Source: Eledone cirrhosa | Taxonomy: Eukaryota | Length of the DNA stretch: 64,000 bases | Assembly (NCBI GenBank): GCA_964016885.1 | Contig: OZ024743.1 | Span: 132,680,001-132,744,000, forward strand | Reading direction: 5' to 3' | Shown here: positions 39,801 through 53,300 of the stretch, piece after piece | How the letters are laid out: each line of letters opens with the position of its first letter | Numbering within the stretch: position 1 is the first letter of the stretch | The notes under the pieces: generated by a model | The model's database searches: none | What the model saw: the letters and a program-made list of their open reading frames with translations, nothing else | What the model was told of the DNA's origin: nothing | Program-made: the position numbers and the translations under genes

Positions 39801-42800
39801 TTTGGTGATTGGTGTTTGGTGTTTGGTGCTTGGTGCTTGGTGTTTGGTGCTTGGTGCTTGGTGATTAGTGTTTGGTGCTTGGTGCTTGGGGTCTGGTGTT
39901 TGGTGCTTGGTGCTTGGTGCTTGGTGCTTGGTTCTTGGTGTTTGGTGCTCGGTGCTTGGTGCTTGGTGTTTGGTGCTTGGTGCTTGGTGTTTGGTGCTTG
40001 GTGTTTGGTGCTTGGTGTTTGGTGCTTGGTGCTTGGTGCTTGGTGCATGGTGCTTGGTGTTTGGTGCTTGGTGTTTGGTGCTTGGTGTTAGGAGTTTGGT
40101 GCTTGGTGCTTGGTGTTTGGTGTGTGGTGCTTGGTATTTGGTGCTTAGTGATTGGTGTTTGGTGTTTGGTGCTTGGTGTTTGGTGCTTGCTACGTGGTGC
40201 TTGGTGCTTGGTGTTAGGTGTTTGGTGCTTGGTGCGTGGTGTTTGGTTTTTGGTGCTTGGTGCTTGGTGTTTGGTGATTGGTGCTTGCTGCTGGCTGCTC
40301 GGTGTTTGGTGCTTGGTGAATGGTGCTTGGTGTTTGGTGCTTGGTGTTTGGTGTTTGGTGCTAGGTGCTTGGTGCTTGGTGTTTGGTGATGATTGGTGCT
40401 TGGTGTTTGGTGTTTGGTGCTTGGTGCTTGGTGTTTGGTGCTTGGTGCTGGGTGGTTGGTGTTTGGTGCTTGGTGTTTGGTGCTGGGTGCTTGGTGTTTG
40501 GTGATTGGTGCTTGGTCTTTGGTGCTTGGTGTTTGTTGTTTGGTGCTTGGTGCTTGGTGCTTGGTGTTTGGTGCTTGGTGCTTGGTGTTTAGTGCTTGGT
40601 GCTTAGTGTTTGGTGCTAGGTGCTTGGGGTTTGGTGTTTAGTGCTTGGTGCTTGGTGTTTGGTGCTTGGTGCTTGGTGCTTGGTCTTTGGTGTTTGGTGT
40701 TTAGTGCTTGGTGCTTGGTGTTTGGTGCTTGGTGCTTGGTGCATTGTGATTAGTGTTTGGTGCTTGGTGCTTGGGGTTTGGTGTTTGGTGCTTGGTGCTT
40801 GGTGTTTGGTGATTGGTACTTGGTGTTTGGTGCTTGGTGTTTGCTGTTTGCTGTTTGGTGTTTTTGGTGTTTGCTGTTTGCTGTTTGGTGTCTGCTTTTT
40901 GGTGTTTGGTGTTTGCTCTATGGTGTTTGCTGTTTCATGTTTGGTGTTTGCTGTTTGGTGTTTGGTGTTTGCTGTTTGGTGTTTGTCTTTGGTGCTTGGT
41001 CTTTGGTGCTTGGTGTTTGGTGCTTGGTGCTTGGTGTTTGGTGTTTGGTGCTTGGTGACTGGTGCTTGTTGTTTGGTGATTGGTGCTTGGTGTTTGCTGT
41101 TTGGTGTTTGGTGTTTGGTGTTTGCTGTTTGGTGTTTGGTGCTTGGTGCTTGGTGCTTGGTGTTTGGTGCTTGGTGCTTGGTGTTTGGTGCTTGGTGCTT
41201 GGTGTTTGGTGCTTGGTGCCTGGTGCTTGTTGTTTGGTGATTGGTGCTTGGTGTTTGCTGTTTGGTGTTTGGTGTTTGGTGTTTGCTGTTTGGTGTTTGG
41301 TGCTGGGTGCTTGGTGTTTGGTGTTTGATGCTTGGTGTTTGATGCTTGGTGCTTGGTGCTTGGTGTTTGCTGTTTGGTGTTTGCTGTTTGGTGTTTGGTG
41401 CTTGGTGTTTGATGTTTGGTGCTTCATGCTTGGTGCTTGGTGTTTGGTGCTTGGTGCCTGGTGCATGGTGTTTGGTGCTTGATGCTTGGTGTTTGGTGTT
41501 TGGTGCTTGGTGTTTGGTGCTTGGTGCTTGGTGCTTGGTGTTAGGTGTTAGGTGTTTGATGCTTGGTGCTTGGTGTTTGGTGTTTGGTGTTTGGTGTTTG
41601 CTGTTTGGTGTTTGGTCTTTGGTGCTTGGTCTTTGGTGCATGGTGTTTGGTGCTTGGTGCTTGGTGTTTGGTGCTTGGTGCCTGGTGCTTGTTGTTTGGT
41701 GTTTGGTGTTTGCTGTTTTGTGTTTGGTGCTTGGTGCTTGGTGCTTGGTGTTTGGTGCTTGGTGCTTGGTGTTTGGTGCTTGGTGCTTGTTGCTTGGTGT
41801 TTGTACTTGGTGCTTGGTGCATGGTGTTTTGTGCTTGATTCTTGGTGTTTGGTGCTTGGTGTTTGGTGATTAGTGCTTGGTGTTTGGTGTTTGGTGCTTG
41901 GTGTTTGGTGCTTGGTGCTTGGTGCTTGGTGTTTGGTGTTTGGTGCTTCATGCTTGGTGCTTGGTGTTTGGTGCTTGGTGCTTGGTGTTTGGTGCTTGGT
42001 GCCTGGTGCATGGTGTTTGGTGCTTGATGCTTGGTGTTTGGTGTTTGGTGCTTGGTGTTTGGGGCTTGGTGCTTGGTGCTTGGTGTTAGGTGTTAGGTGT
42101 TTGGTGATTGGTGCTTGGTGTTTGGTGCTTGGTGCTTGATGTTTGGTGCTTGGTGCTTGGTGTTTGGTGTTTGGTGTTTGGTGCTTGGTACTTGGGGCTT
42201 GGTGTTTGGTGCTTGGTGCTTGGTGCTTGGTGTTTGGTGCTTGGTGCTTGGTGTTTGGTGTTTGGTGCTTGGTGTTTGGTGCTTGGTGCTTGGTGCTGGG
42301 TGGTTGGTGTTTGGTGCTTGGTGCTTGGTGTTTGGTGCTTGGTGCTTGGTGCTTGGTGTTTGGTGCTTGGCGCTTGGTGCTTGGTGTTTGGTGCTTGGTG
42401 ATTAGTGTTTGGTGCTTGGTGCTTGGGGTTTGGTGTTTGGTGCTTGGTGCTTGGTGTTTGGTGCTTGGTGCTCGGTGTTTGGTGCTTGGTGTTTGGTTTT
42501 TGATGTTTGGTGTTTGGTGTTTGCTGTTTGGTGTCTGCTTTCTGGTGTTTGGTGTTTGCTGTATCGTGTTTGCTGTTTCGTGTTTATTGTTTGCTGTTTG
42601 GTGTTTGTTGTTTGGTGTTTGGTGTTTCCTGTTTGGTGTTTAGTCTTTGGTGTTTGGTGTTTGGTGCTTGGTGCTTGGTGTTTGGTGTTTGGTGCTTGGG
42701 GCTTGGTGTTTGGTGCTGCGTGCTTGGTGCTTGGTGCTTGGTGCTTGGTGCTTGGTGTTTGGTGTTTGATGATTGGTGTTTGGTGTTTGGTGTTTGGTGC

Positions 42801-43897
42801 TTGGTGCTTGGTGTTTGGTGTTTGATGCTTGCTGCTTGATGCTTGGTGCTTGGTGCTTGGTGTTTGGTGCTTGGTGCTTGGTGTTTGCTGTTTGGTGTTT
42901 GGTGCTTGGTGTTTGGTGCTTGGTGCTTGTTGTTTGGTGATTGGTGCTTGGTGCTTGGTGTTTGCTGTTTGGTGCTTGGGGCTTGGTGTTTGGTGCTGCG
43001 TGCTTGGTGCTTGGTGCTTGGTGTTTGGTGTTTGATGATTGGCGTTTGGTGTTTGGTGTTTGGTGCTTGGTGCTTGGTGTTTGGTGTTTGATGCTTGCTG
43101 CTTGATGCTTGGTGCTTGGTGCTTGGTGTTTGGTGCTTGGTGCTTGGTGTTTGGTGCTTGGTACTTGGTGTTTGGTGCTTGGTGTTTGCTGTTTGCTGTT
43201 TGCTGTTTGGTGTTTGGTGTTTGCTGTTTGCTGTTTGGTGTCTGCTTTTTGGTGTTTGTTGTTTGCTCTATGGTGTTTGCTGTTTCGTGTTTGGTGTTTG
43301 CTGTTTCGTGTTTGGTGTTTGCTGTTTGGTGTTTGGTGCTTGGTGTTTGGTGCTTGGTGCTTGGTGTTTGGTGCTAGGTGCTTGGTGTTTGGTGCTTGGT
43401 GTTTGGTGTTTGGTGCTTGGTACTTGGGGCTTGGTGTTTGGTGCTTGGTGCTTCGTGCTTGGTGTTTGGTGCTTGGTGCCTGGTGCTTGTTGTTTGGTGA
43501 TTGGTGCTTGGTGTTTGCTGTTTGGTGCTGCGTGCTTGGTGCTTGGTGCTTGGTGTTTTGTGTTTGGTGTTTGATGCTTGGTGTTTGGTGTTTGGTGCTT
43601 GATGCTTGGTGTTTGGTGTTTGATGCTTGGTGCTTGATGCTTGGTGCTTGGTGCTTGGTGTTTGGTGCTTGGTGCTTGGTGTTTGTACTTGGTGTTTGGT
43701 GCTTGGTGTTTGGTGCTTGGTGCTTGGTGTTTGGTGCTTGGTGCTTGGTGTTTGGTGTTTGGTGCTTGGTGTTTGGTGCTTGGTGCTTGGTGCTTGGTGT
43801 TAGGTGTTTGGTGCTTCATGCCTGGTGCTTGGTGTTTGGTGCTTGGTGCTTGGTGTTTGGTGTTTGGTGCTTCATGCTTGGTGCTTGGTGTTTGGTG
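30817..43897 (+). repeat. Higher-order tandem duplication, period ~6463-6624 bp (2 copies, ~30817-37273 and ~37294-43897)
   Basis: ORF offsets 6477 (31030/37507), 6470 (31856/38326, 33135/39605), 6463 (34294/40757), 6624 (34722/41346, 36644/43268). All offset changes are multiples of 7 (7, 7, 161). Private variants are shared by both copies (CTGATTT, TAGCTGT, TTTATGC, 'ggtgaatgg'). Confidence 0.94.
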
Positions 43898-46800
43898 CTT
43901 GGTGCTTGGTGTTTGGTGCTTGGTGCCTGGTGCATGGTGTTTGGTGCTTGATGCTTGGTGCTTGGTGTTTGGTGCTTGGTGCCTGGTGCTTGTTGTTTGG
44001 TGATTGGTGCTTGGTGTTTGCTGTTTGGTGCTGCGTGCTTGGTGCTTGGTGCTTGGTGCTTGGTGCTTGGTGTTTTGTGTTTGGTGTTTGATGCTTGGTG
44101 TTTGGTGTTTGGTGCTTGGTGCTTGGTGTTTGGTGTTTGATGCTTGGTGCTTGATGCTTGGTGCTTGGTGCTTGGTGTTTGGTGCTTGGTGCTTGGTGTT
44201 TGTACTTGGTGTTTGGTGCTTGGTGTTTGGAGCTTGGTGCTTGGTGTTTGGTGCTTGGGGCTTGGTGTTTGGTGTTTGGTGCTTGGTGTTTGGTGCTTGG
44301 TGCTTGGTGCTTGGTGTTAGGTGTTTGGTGCTTCATGCCTGGTGCTTGGTGTTTGGTGCTTGGTGCATGGTGTTTGGTGCTTGGTGCCTGGTGCATGGTG
44401 TTTGTTGCTTGGTGCTTGGTGTTTGGTGTTTGGTGCTTGGTGTTTGGTGCTTGGTGCTTGGTGTTAGGTGTTAGGTGTTTGGTGCTTGGTGCTTGGTGCT
44501 TGGTGTTTGGTGTTTAGTGTTTGGCGCTTGCTGCTTGCTGCTTGGTGTTTGGTGCTTGGTGATTGGTGCTTGGTGTTTGGTGCTTGGTGCTTGGTGTTTG
44601 GTGCTAGGTGCTTGGTGCTTGGTGCTTGGTGTTTGGTGTTTTGTGCTTGGTACTTGGGGCTTGGTGTTTGGTGCTTGGTGCTTCGTGTTTGGTGTTTGGT
44701 GCTTGGTGCTTGGTGTTTGGTGTTTGGTGCTTGGTGTTTGGTGCCTGGTGCTTGGTGCTTGGTGCTTGGTGTTTGGTGCTTGGTGCTTGGTGCTTGGTGT
44801 TTGGTGATTGGTGTTTGGTGTTTGGTGCTTGGTGCTTGGTGTTTGGTGCTTGGTGCTTGGTGATTAGTGTTTGGTGCTTGGTGCTTGGGGTTTGGTGTTT
44901 GGTGCTTGGTGCTTGGTGCTTGGTGCTTGGTTCTTGGTGTTTGGTGCTTGGTGCTTCGTGCTTGGTGTTTGGTGCTTGGTGCTTGGTGTTTGGTGCTTGG
45001 TGTTTGGTGCTTGGTGTTTGGTGCTTGGTGCTTGGTGCTTGGTGCATGGTGCTTGGTGTTTGGTGCTTGGTGTTTGGTGCTTGGTGTTAGGAGTTTGGTG
45101 CTTGGTGCTTGGTGTTTGGTGTTTGGTGCTTGGTATTTGGTGCTTGGTGCTTGGTGCTTGGTGTTTGGTGCTTGGTGCTTGGTGTTAGGTGTTTGGTGCT
45201 TGGTGCGTGGTGTTTGGTTTTTGGTGCTTGGTGCTTGGTGTTTGGTGTTTGGTGCTTGCTGCTGGCTGCTTGGTGTTTGGTGCTTGGTGATTGGTGCTTG
45301 GTGTTTGGTGCTTGGTGTTTTGTGTTTGGTGCTAGGTGCTTGGTGCTTGGTGTTTGGTGATGATTGGTGCTTGGTGCTTGGTCTTTGGTGCTTGGTGTTT
45401 GGTGTTTGGTGCTTGGTGCTTGGTGCTTGGTGTTTGGTGCTTGGTGCTTGGTGTTTGGTGCTTGGTGCTTAGTGTTTGGTGCTAGGTGCTTGGGGTTTGG
45501 TGTTTAGTGCTTGGTGCTTGGTGTTCGGTGCTTGGTGCTTGGTGCTTGGTCTTTGGTGTTTGGTGTTTAGTGCTTGGTGCTTGGTGCTTGGTGCTTGGTG
45601 CTTGGTGCTTGGTGCATTGTGATTAGTGTTTGGTGCTTGGTGCTTGGGGTTTGGTGTTTGGTGCTTGGTGCTTGGTGTTTGGTGATTGGTACTTGGTGTT
45701 TGGTGCTTGGTGTTTGCTGTTTGCTGTTTGGTGTTTTTGGTGTTTGCTGTTTGCTGTTTGGTGTCTGCTTTTTGGTGTTTGGTGTTTGCTCTATGGTGTT
45801 TGCTGTTTCATGTTTGGTGTTTGCTGTTTGGTGTTTGGTGTTTGCTGTTTGGTGTTTGGTCTTTGGTGCTTGGTCTTTGATGCTTGGTGTTTGGTGTTTG
45901 GTGCTTGGTGCTTGGTGTTTGGTGTTTGGTGCGTGGTGACTGGTGCTTGTTGTTTGGTGATTGGTGCTTGGTGTTTGCTGTTTGGTGTTTGGTGTTTGGT
46001 GTTTGCTGTTTGGTGTTTGGTGCTTGGTGCTTGGTGCTTGGTGTTTGGTGCTTGGTGCTTGGTGTTTGGTGCTTGGTGCTTGGTGTTTGGTGCTTGGTGC
46101 CTGGTGCTTGTTGTTTGGTGATTGGTGCTTGGTGTTTGCTGTCTGGTGTTTGGTGTTTGGTGTTTGCTGTTTGGTGTTTGGTGCTGGGTGCTTGGTGTTT
46201 GTTGTTTGATGCTTGGTGTTTGATGCTTGGTGCTTGGTGCTTGGTGTTTGGTGTTTGGTGTTTGCTGTTTGGTGTTTGGTGCTTGGTGCTTGGTGCTTGG
46301 TGTTTGGTGCTTGGTGCTTGGTGCTTGGTGCTTGGTGCTTGGTGTTTGGTGCTTGGCGCTTGGTGCTTGGTGTTTGGTGCTTGGTGATTAGTGTTTGGTG
46401 CTTGGTGCTTGGGGTTTGGTGTTTGGTGCTTGGTGCTTGGTGTTTGGTGCTTGGTGCTCGGTGTTTGGTGCTTGGTGTTTGGTTTTTGCTGTTTGGTGTT
46501 TGGTGTTTGCTGTTTGGTGTCTGCTTTCTGGTGTTTGGTGTTTCCTGTATCGTGTTTGCTGTTTCGTGTTTATTGTTTGCTGTTTGGTGTTTGTTGTTTG
46601 GTGTTTGGTGTTTGGTGCTTGGTGCTTGGTGTTTGGTGTTTGGTGCTTGGGGCTTGGTGTTTGGTGCTGCGTGCTTGGTGCTTGGTGCTTGGTGCTTGGT
46701 GCTTGGTGTTTGGTGTTTGATGATTGGTGTTTGGTGTTTGGTGTTTGGTGCTTGGTGCTTGGTGTTTGGTGTTTGATGCTTGCTGCTTGATGCTTGGTGC

Positions 46801-49800
46801 TTGGTGCTTGGTGTTTGGTGCTTGGTGCTTGGTGTTTGGTGCTTGGTACTTGGTGTTTGGTGCTTGGTGTTTGCTGTTTGCTGTTTGGTGTTTGGTGTTT
46901 GCTGTTTGCTGTTTGGTGTCTGCTTTTTGGTGTTTGTTGTTTGCTCTATGGTGTTTGCTGTTTCATGTTTGGTGTTTGCTGTTTGGTGTTTGGTGTTTGC
47001 TGTTTGGTGTTTGGTGCTTGGTGTTTGGTGCTTGGTGCTTGTTGTTTGGTGATTGGTGCTTGGTGCTTGGTGTTTGCTGTTTGGTGCTTGGGGCTTGGTG
47101 TTTGGTGCTGCGTGCTTGGTGCTTGGTGCTTGGTGTTTGGTGTTTGATGATTGGCGTTTGGTGTTTGGTGTTTGGTGCTTGGTGCTTGGTGTTTGGTGTT
47201 TGATGCTTGCTGCTTGATGCTTGGTGCTTGGTGCTTGGTGTTTGGTGCTTGGTGCTTGGTGTTTGGTGCTTGGTACTTGGTGTTTGGTGCTTGGTGATTA
47301 GTGTTTGGTGCTTGGTGTTTGGTGTTTGCTGTTTGCTGTTTGGTGTCTGCTTTTTGTTGTTTGTTGTTTGCTCTATGGTGTTTGCTGTTTCGTGTTTGGT
47401 GTTTGCTGTTTGGTGTTTGGTGTTTGCTGTTTGGTGTTTGGTGTTTGGTATTTGGTGCTTGGTGCTTGGTGTTTGGTGCTAGGTGCTTGGTGTTTGGTGC
47501 TTGGTGTTTGGTGTTTGGTGCTTGGTACTTGGGGCTTGGTGTTTGGTGCTTGGTGCTTCGTGCTTGGTGTTTGGTGCTTGGTGCCTGGTGCTTGTTGTTT
47601 GGTGATTGGTGCTTGGTGTTTGCTGTTTGGTGCTGCGTGCTTGGTGCTTGGTGCTTGGTGCTTGGTGCTTGGTGTTTTGTGTTTGGTGTTTGATGCTTGG
47701 TGTTTGGTGTTTGGTGCTTGATGCTTGGTGTTTGGTGTTTGATGCTTGGTGCTTGATGCTTGGTGCTTGGTGCTTGGTGTTTGGTGCTTGGTGCTTGGTG
47801 TTTGTACTTGGTGTTTGGTGCTTGGTGTTTGGTGCTTGGTGCTTGGTGTTTGGTGCTTGGTGCTTGGTGTTTGGTGTTTGGTGCTTGGTGTTTGGTGCTT
47901 GGTGCTTGGTGCTTGGTGTTAGGTGTTTGGTGCTTCATGCCTGGTGCTTGGTGTTTGGTGCTTGGTGCTTGGTGTTTGGTGTTTGGTGCTTCATGCTTGG
48001 TGCTTGGTGTTTGGTGCTTGGTGCTTGGTGTTTGGTGCTTGGTGCCTGGTGCATGGTGTTTGGTGCTTGATGCTTGGTGCTTGGTGTTTGGTGCTTGGTG
48101 CCTGGTGCTTGTTGTTTGGTGATTGGTGCTTGGTGTTTGCTGTTTGGTGCTGCGTGCTTGGTGCTTGGTGCTTGGTGCTTGGTGCTTGGTGTTTTGTGTT
48201 TGGTGTTTGATGCTTGGTGTTTGGTGTTTGGTGATTGGTGCTTGGTGTTTGGTGTTTGATGCTTGGTGCTTGATGCTTGGTGCTTGGTGCTTGGTGTTTG
48301 GTGCTTGGTGCTTGGTGTTTGTACTTGGTGTTTGGTGCTTGGTGTTTGGAGCTTGGTGCTTGGTGTTTGGTGCTTGGTGCTTGGTGTTTGGTGTTTGGTG
48401 CTTGGTGTTTGGTGCTTGGTGCTTGGTGCTTGGTGTTAGGTGTTTGGTGCTTCATGCCTGGTGCTTGGTGTTTGGTGCTTGGTGCATGGTGTTTGGTGCT
48501 TGGTGCCTGGTGCATGGTGTTTGTTGCTTGGTGCTTGGTGTTTGGTGTTTGGTGCTTGGTGTTTGGTGCTTGGTGCTTGGTGTTAGGTGTTAGGTGTTTG
48601 GTGCTTGGTGCTTGGTGCTTGGTGTTTGGTGTTTGGTGTTTGGCGCTTGCTGCTTGCTGCTTGGTGTTTGGTGCTTGGTGATTGGTGCTTGGTGTTTGGT
48701 GCTTGGTGCTTGGTGTTTGGTGCTAGGTGCTTGGTGCTTGGTGCTTGGTGTTTGGTGTTTGGTGCTTGGTACTTGGGGCTTGGTGTTTGGTGCTTGGTGC
48801 TTCGTGTTTGGTGTTTGGTGCTTGGTGCTTGGTGTTTGGTGTTTGGTGCTTGGTGTTTGGTGCTTGGTGCTTGGTGCTTGGTGCTTGGTGTTTGGTGCTT
48901 GGTGCTTGGTGATTGGTGTTTGGTGATTGGTGTTTGGTGTTTGGTGCTTGGTGCTTGGTGTTTGGTGCTTGGTGCTTGGTGATTAGTGTTTGGTGCTTGG
49001 TGCTTGGGGTTTGATGTTTGGTGCTTGGTGCTTGGTGCTTGGTGCTTGGTTCTTGGTGTTTGGTGCTTGGTGCTTGGTGCTTGGTGTTTGGTGCTTGGTG
49101 CTTGGTGTTTGGTGCTTGGTGTTTGGTGCTTGGTGTTTGGTGCTTGGTGCTTGGTGCTTGGTGCATGGTGCTTGGTGTTTGGTGCTTGGTGTTTGGTGCT
49201 TGGTGTTAGGAGTTTGGTGCTTGGTGCTTGGTGTTTGGTGTTTGGTGCTTGGTATTTGGTGCTTGGTGCTTGGTGTTTGGTGTTTGGTGCTTCGTGTTTG
49301 GTGCTTGCTACGTGGTGCTTGGTGCTTGGTGTTAGGTGTTTGGTGCTTGGTGCGTGGTGTTTGGTTTTTCGGTGCTTGGTGCTTGGTGTTTGGTGTTTGG
49401 TGCTTGCTGCTGGCTGCTTGGTGTTTGGTGCTTGGTGATTGGTGCTTGGTGTTTGGTGCTTGGTGTTTGGTGTTTGGTGCTAGGTGCTTGGTGCTTGGTG
49501 TTTGGTGATGATTGGTGCTTGGTGCTTGGTCTTTGGTGCTTGGTGCTTGGTGTTTGGTGCTTGGTGCTTAGTGTTTGGTGCTAGGTGCTTGGGGTTTGGT
49601 GTTTAGTGCTTGGTGTTTGGTGTTTGGTGCTTGGTGCTTGGTGCTTGGTCTTTGGTGTTTGGTGTTTAGTGCTTGGTGCTTGGTGCTTGGTGTTTGGTGC
49701 TTGGTGCTTGGTGCATTGTGATTAGTGTTTGGTGCTTGGTGCTTGGGGTTTGGTGTTTGGTGCTTGGTGCTTGGTGTTTGGTGATTGGTACTTGGTGTTT

Positions 49801-50320
49801 GGTGCTTGGTGTTTTCTGTTTGCTGTTTGGTGTCTGCTTTTTGGTGTTTGGTGTTTGCTCTATGGTGTTTGCTGTTTCATGTTTGGTGTTTGCTGTTTGG
49901 TGTTTGGTGTTTGCTGTTTGTTGTTTGGTCATTGGTGCTTGGTCTTTGATGCTTGGTGTTTGGTGCTTGGTGCTTGGTGTTTGGTGTTTGGTGCGTGGTG
50001 ACTGGTGCTTGTTGTTTGGTGATTGGTGCTTGGTGTTTGCTGTTTGGTGTTTGGTGTTTGGTGTTTGCTGTTTGGTGTTTGGTGCTTGGTGCTTGGTGCT
50101 TGGTGTTTGGTGCTTGGTGCTTGGTGTTTGGTGCTTGGTGCTTGGTGTTTGGTGCTTGGTGCCTGGTGCTTGTTGTTTGGTGATTGGTGCTTGGTGTTTG
50201 CTGTCTGGTGTTTGGTGTTTGGTGTTTGCTGTTTGGTGTTTGGTGCTGGGTGCTTGGTGTTTGTTGTTTGATGCTTGGTGTTTGATGCTTGGTGCTTGGT
50301 GCTTGGTGTTTGGTGTTTGG
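42340..50320 (+). repeat. More diverged tandem duplication, period ~3950-4120 bp, with a further partial copy at ~51500-53320
   Basis: ORF offsets 3986 (42409/46395), 3951 (42829/46780), 4112 (43095/47207), 4119 (43641/47760, 44604/48723), 4099 (45574/49673), 4062 (45961/50023). Third copy at offsets 5201-5250 (46395/51596, 47207/52457, 47760/53010). Confidence 0.82.
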
Positions 50321-53300
50321 TGCTTGGTGTTTGGTGCTTGGTGCTTGATGGTTGGTGTTTGTACTTGGTGCTTGGTGCTTGGTGTTTTGTGCTTGATTCT
50401 TGGAGTTTGGTGCTTGGTGTTTGCTGCTTAGTGCTTGGTGTTTGGTGTTTGGTGCTTGGTGTTTGGTGCTTGGTGCTTGGTGCTTGGTGTTAAGTGTTTG
50501 GTGCTTGGTGTTTGATCTTTGGTGCTTCATGCTTGGTGCTTGGTGTTTGGTGCTTGGTGCCTGGTGCATGGTGTTTGGTGCTTGATGCTTGGTGTTTGGT
50601 GTTTGGTGCTTGGTGTTTGGTGCTTGGTGCTTGGTGCTTGGTGTTAGGTGTTAGGTGTTTGATGCTTGGTGCTTGGTGTTTGGTGTTTGGTGTTTGGTGT
50701 TTGCTGTTTGGTGTTTGGTCTTTGGTGCTTGGTCTTTGGTGCATGGTGTTTGGTGCTTGGTGCTTGGTGTTTGGTGCTTGGTGCCTGGTGCTTGTTGTTT
50801 GGTGATTGGTGCTTGGTGTTTCCTGTTTGGTGTTTGGTGTTTGGTGTTTGCTGTTTTGTGTTTGGTGCTTGGTGCTTGGTGCTTGGTGTTTGGTGCTTGG
50901 TGCTTGGTGTTTGGTGCTTGGTGCTTGATGCTTGGTGTTTGTACTTGGTGCTTGGTTCATGGTGTTTTGTGCCTGATTCTTGGTGTTTGGTGCTTGGTGT
51001 TTGGTGCTTAGTGCTTGGTGTTTGGTGTTTGGTGCTTGGTGTTTGGTGCTTGGTGCTTGGTGCTTGGTGCTTGGTGTTTGGTGTTTGGTGCTTCATGCTT
51101 GGTGCTTGGTGTTTGGTGCTTGGTGCTTGGTGTTTGGTGCTTGGTGCCTGGTGCATGGTGTTTGGTGCTTGATGCTTGGTGTTTGGTGTTTGGTGCTTGG
51201 TGTTTGGTGCTTGGTGCTTGGTGCTTGGTGTTAGGTGTTAGGTGTTTGGTGATTGCTGCTTGGTGTTTGGTGCTTGGTGCTTGATGTTTGGTGCTTGGTG
51301 CTTGGTGTTTGGTGCTTGGTGTTTGGTGCTTGATACTTGGGGCTTGGTGTTTGGTGCTTGGTGCTTGGTGCTTGGCATTTGGTGCTTGGTGCTTGGTGTT
51401 TGGTGTTTGGTGCCTGGTGTTTGGTGCTTGGGGCTTGGTGCTGGGTGGTTGGTGTTTGGTGCTTGGTGCTTGGTGTTTGGTGCTTGGTGCTTGGTGCTTG
51501 GTGTTTGGTGCTTGGCGCTTGGTGCTTGGTCTTTGGTGCTTGGTGTTTGGTGTTTGGTGCTTGGTGCTTGGTGTTTGGTGCTTGGTGATTAGTGTTTGGT
51601 GCTTGGTGCTTGGGGTTTGGTGTTTGGTGCTTGGTGCTTGGTGTTTGGTGCTTGGTGCTTGGTGTTTGGTGCTTGGTGTTTGGTTTTTGCTGTTTGGTGT
51701 TTGGTGTTTGCTGTTTGCTGTTTGGTGTCTGCTTTTTGGTGTTTGGTGTTTGCTGTATCGTGTTTGCTGTTTCGTGTTTATTGTTTGCTGTTTGGTGTTT
51801 GTTGTTTGGTGTTTGGTGTTTCCTGTTTGGTGTTTAGTCTTTGGTGTTTGGTGTTTGGTGCTTGGTGCTTGGTGTTTGGTGTTTGGTGCTTGGGGCTTGG
51901 TGTTTGGTGCTGCGTGCTTGGTGCTTGGTGCTTGGTGCTTGGTGCTTGGTGTTTGGTGTTTGATGATTGGTGTTTGGTGTTTGGTGTTTGGTGCTTGGTG
52001 CTTGGTGTTTGGTGTTTGATGCTTGCTGCTTGATGCTTGGTGCTTGGTGCTTGGTGTTTGGTGCTTGGTGCTTGGTGTTTGGTGCTTGGTACTTGGTGTT
52101 TGGTGCTTGGTGTTTGCTGTTTGCTGTTTGGTGTTTGGTGTTTGCTGTTTACTGTTTGGTGTCTGCTTTTTGGTGTTTGTTGTTTGCTCTATGGTGTTTG
52201 CTGTTTCATGTTTGGTGTTTGCTGTTTGGTGTTTGGTGTTTGCTGTTTGGTGTTTGGTGCTTGGTGTTTGGTGCTTGGTGCTTGTTGTTTGGTGATTGGT
52301 GCTTGGTGCTTGGTGTTTGCTGTTTGGTGCTTGGGGCTTGGTGTTTGGTGCTGCGTGCTTGGTGCTTGGTGCTTGGTGCTTGGTGTTTGGTGTTTGATGA
52401 TTGGCGTTTGGTGTTTGGTGTTTGGTGCTTGGTGCTTGGTGTTTGGTGTGTGATGCTTGCTGCTTGATGCTTGGTGCTTGGTGCTTGGTGTTTGGTGCTT
52501 GGTGCTTGGTGTTTGGTGCTTGGTACTTGGTGTTTGGTGCTTGGTGTTTGCTGTTTGCTGTTTGGTGTTTGGTGTTTGCTGTTTGCTGTTTGGTGTCTGC
52601 TTTTTGGTGTTTGTTGTTTGCTCTATGGTGTTTGCTGTTTCGTGTTTGGTGTTTGCTGTTTGGTGTTTGGTGTGTGCTGTTTGGTGTTTGGTGCTTGGTG
52701 TTTGGTGCTTGGTGCTTGGTGTTTGGTGCTAGGTGCTTGGTGTTTGGTGCTTGGTGTTTGGTGTTTGGTGCTTGGTACTTGGGGCTTGGTGTTTGGTGCT
52801 TGGTGCTTCGTGCTTGGTGTTTGGTGCTTGGTGCCTGATGCTTGTTGTTTGGTGATTGGTGCTTGGTGTTTGCTGTTTGGTGCTGCGTGCTTGGTGCTTG
52901 GTGCTTGGTGCTTGGTGCTTGGTGTTTTGTGTTTGGTGTTTGATGCTTGGTGTTTGGTGTTTGGTGCTTGATGCTTGGTGTTTGGTGTTTGATGCTTGGT
53001 GCTTGATGCTTGGTGCTTGGTGCTTGGTGTTTGCTGCTTGGTGCTTGGTGTTTGTACTTGGTGTTTGGTGCTTGGTGTTTGGTGCTTGGTGCTTGGTGTT
53101 TGGTGCTTGGTGCTTGGTGTTTAGTGTTTGGTGCTTGGTGTTTGGTGCTTGGTGCTTGGTGCTTGGTGTTAGGTGTTTGGTGCTTCATGCCTGGTGCTTG
53201 GTGTTTGGTGCTTGGTGCTTGGTGTTTGGTGTTTGGTGCTTCATGCTTGGTGCTTGGTGTTTGGTGCTTGGTGCTTGGTGTTTGGTGCTTGGTGCCTGGT

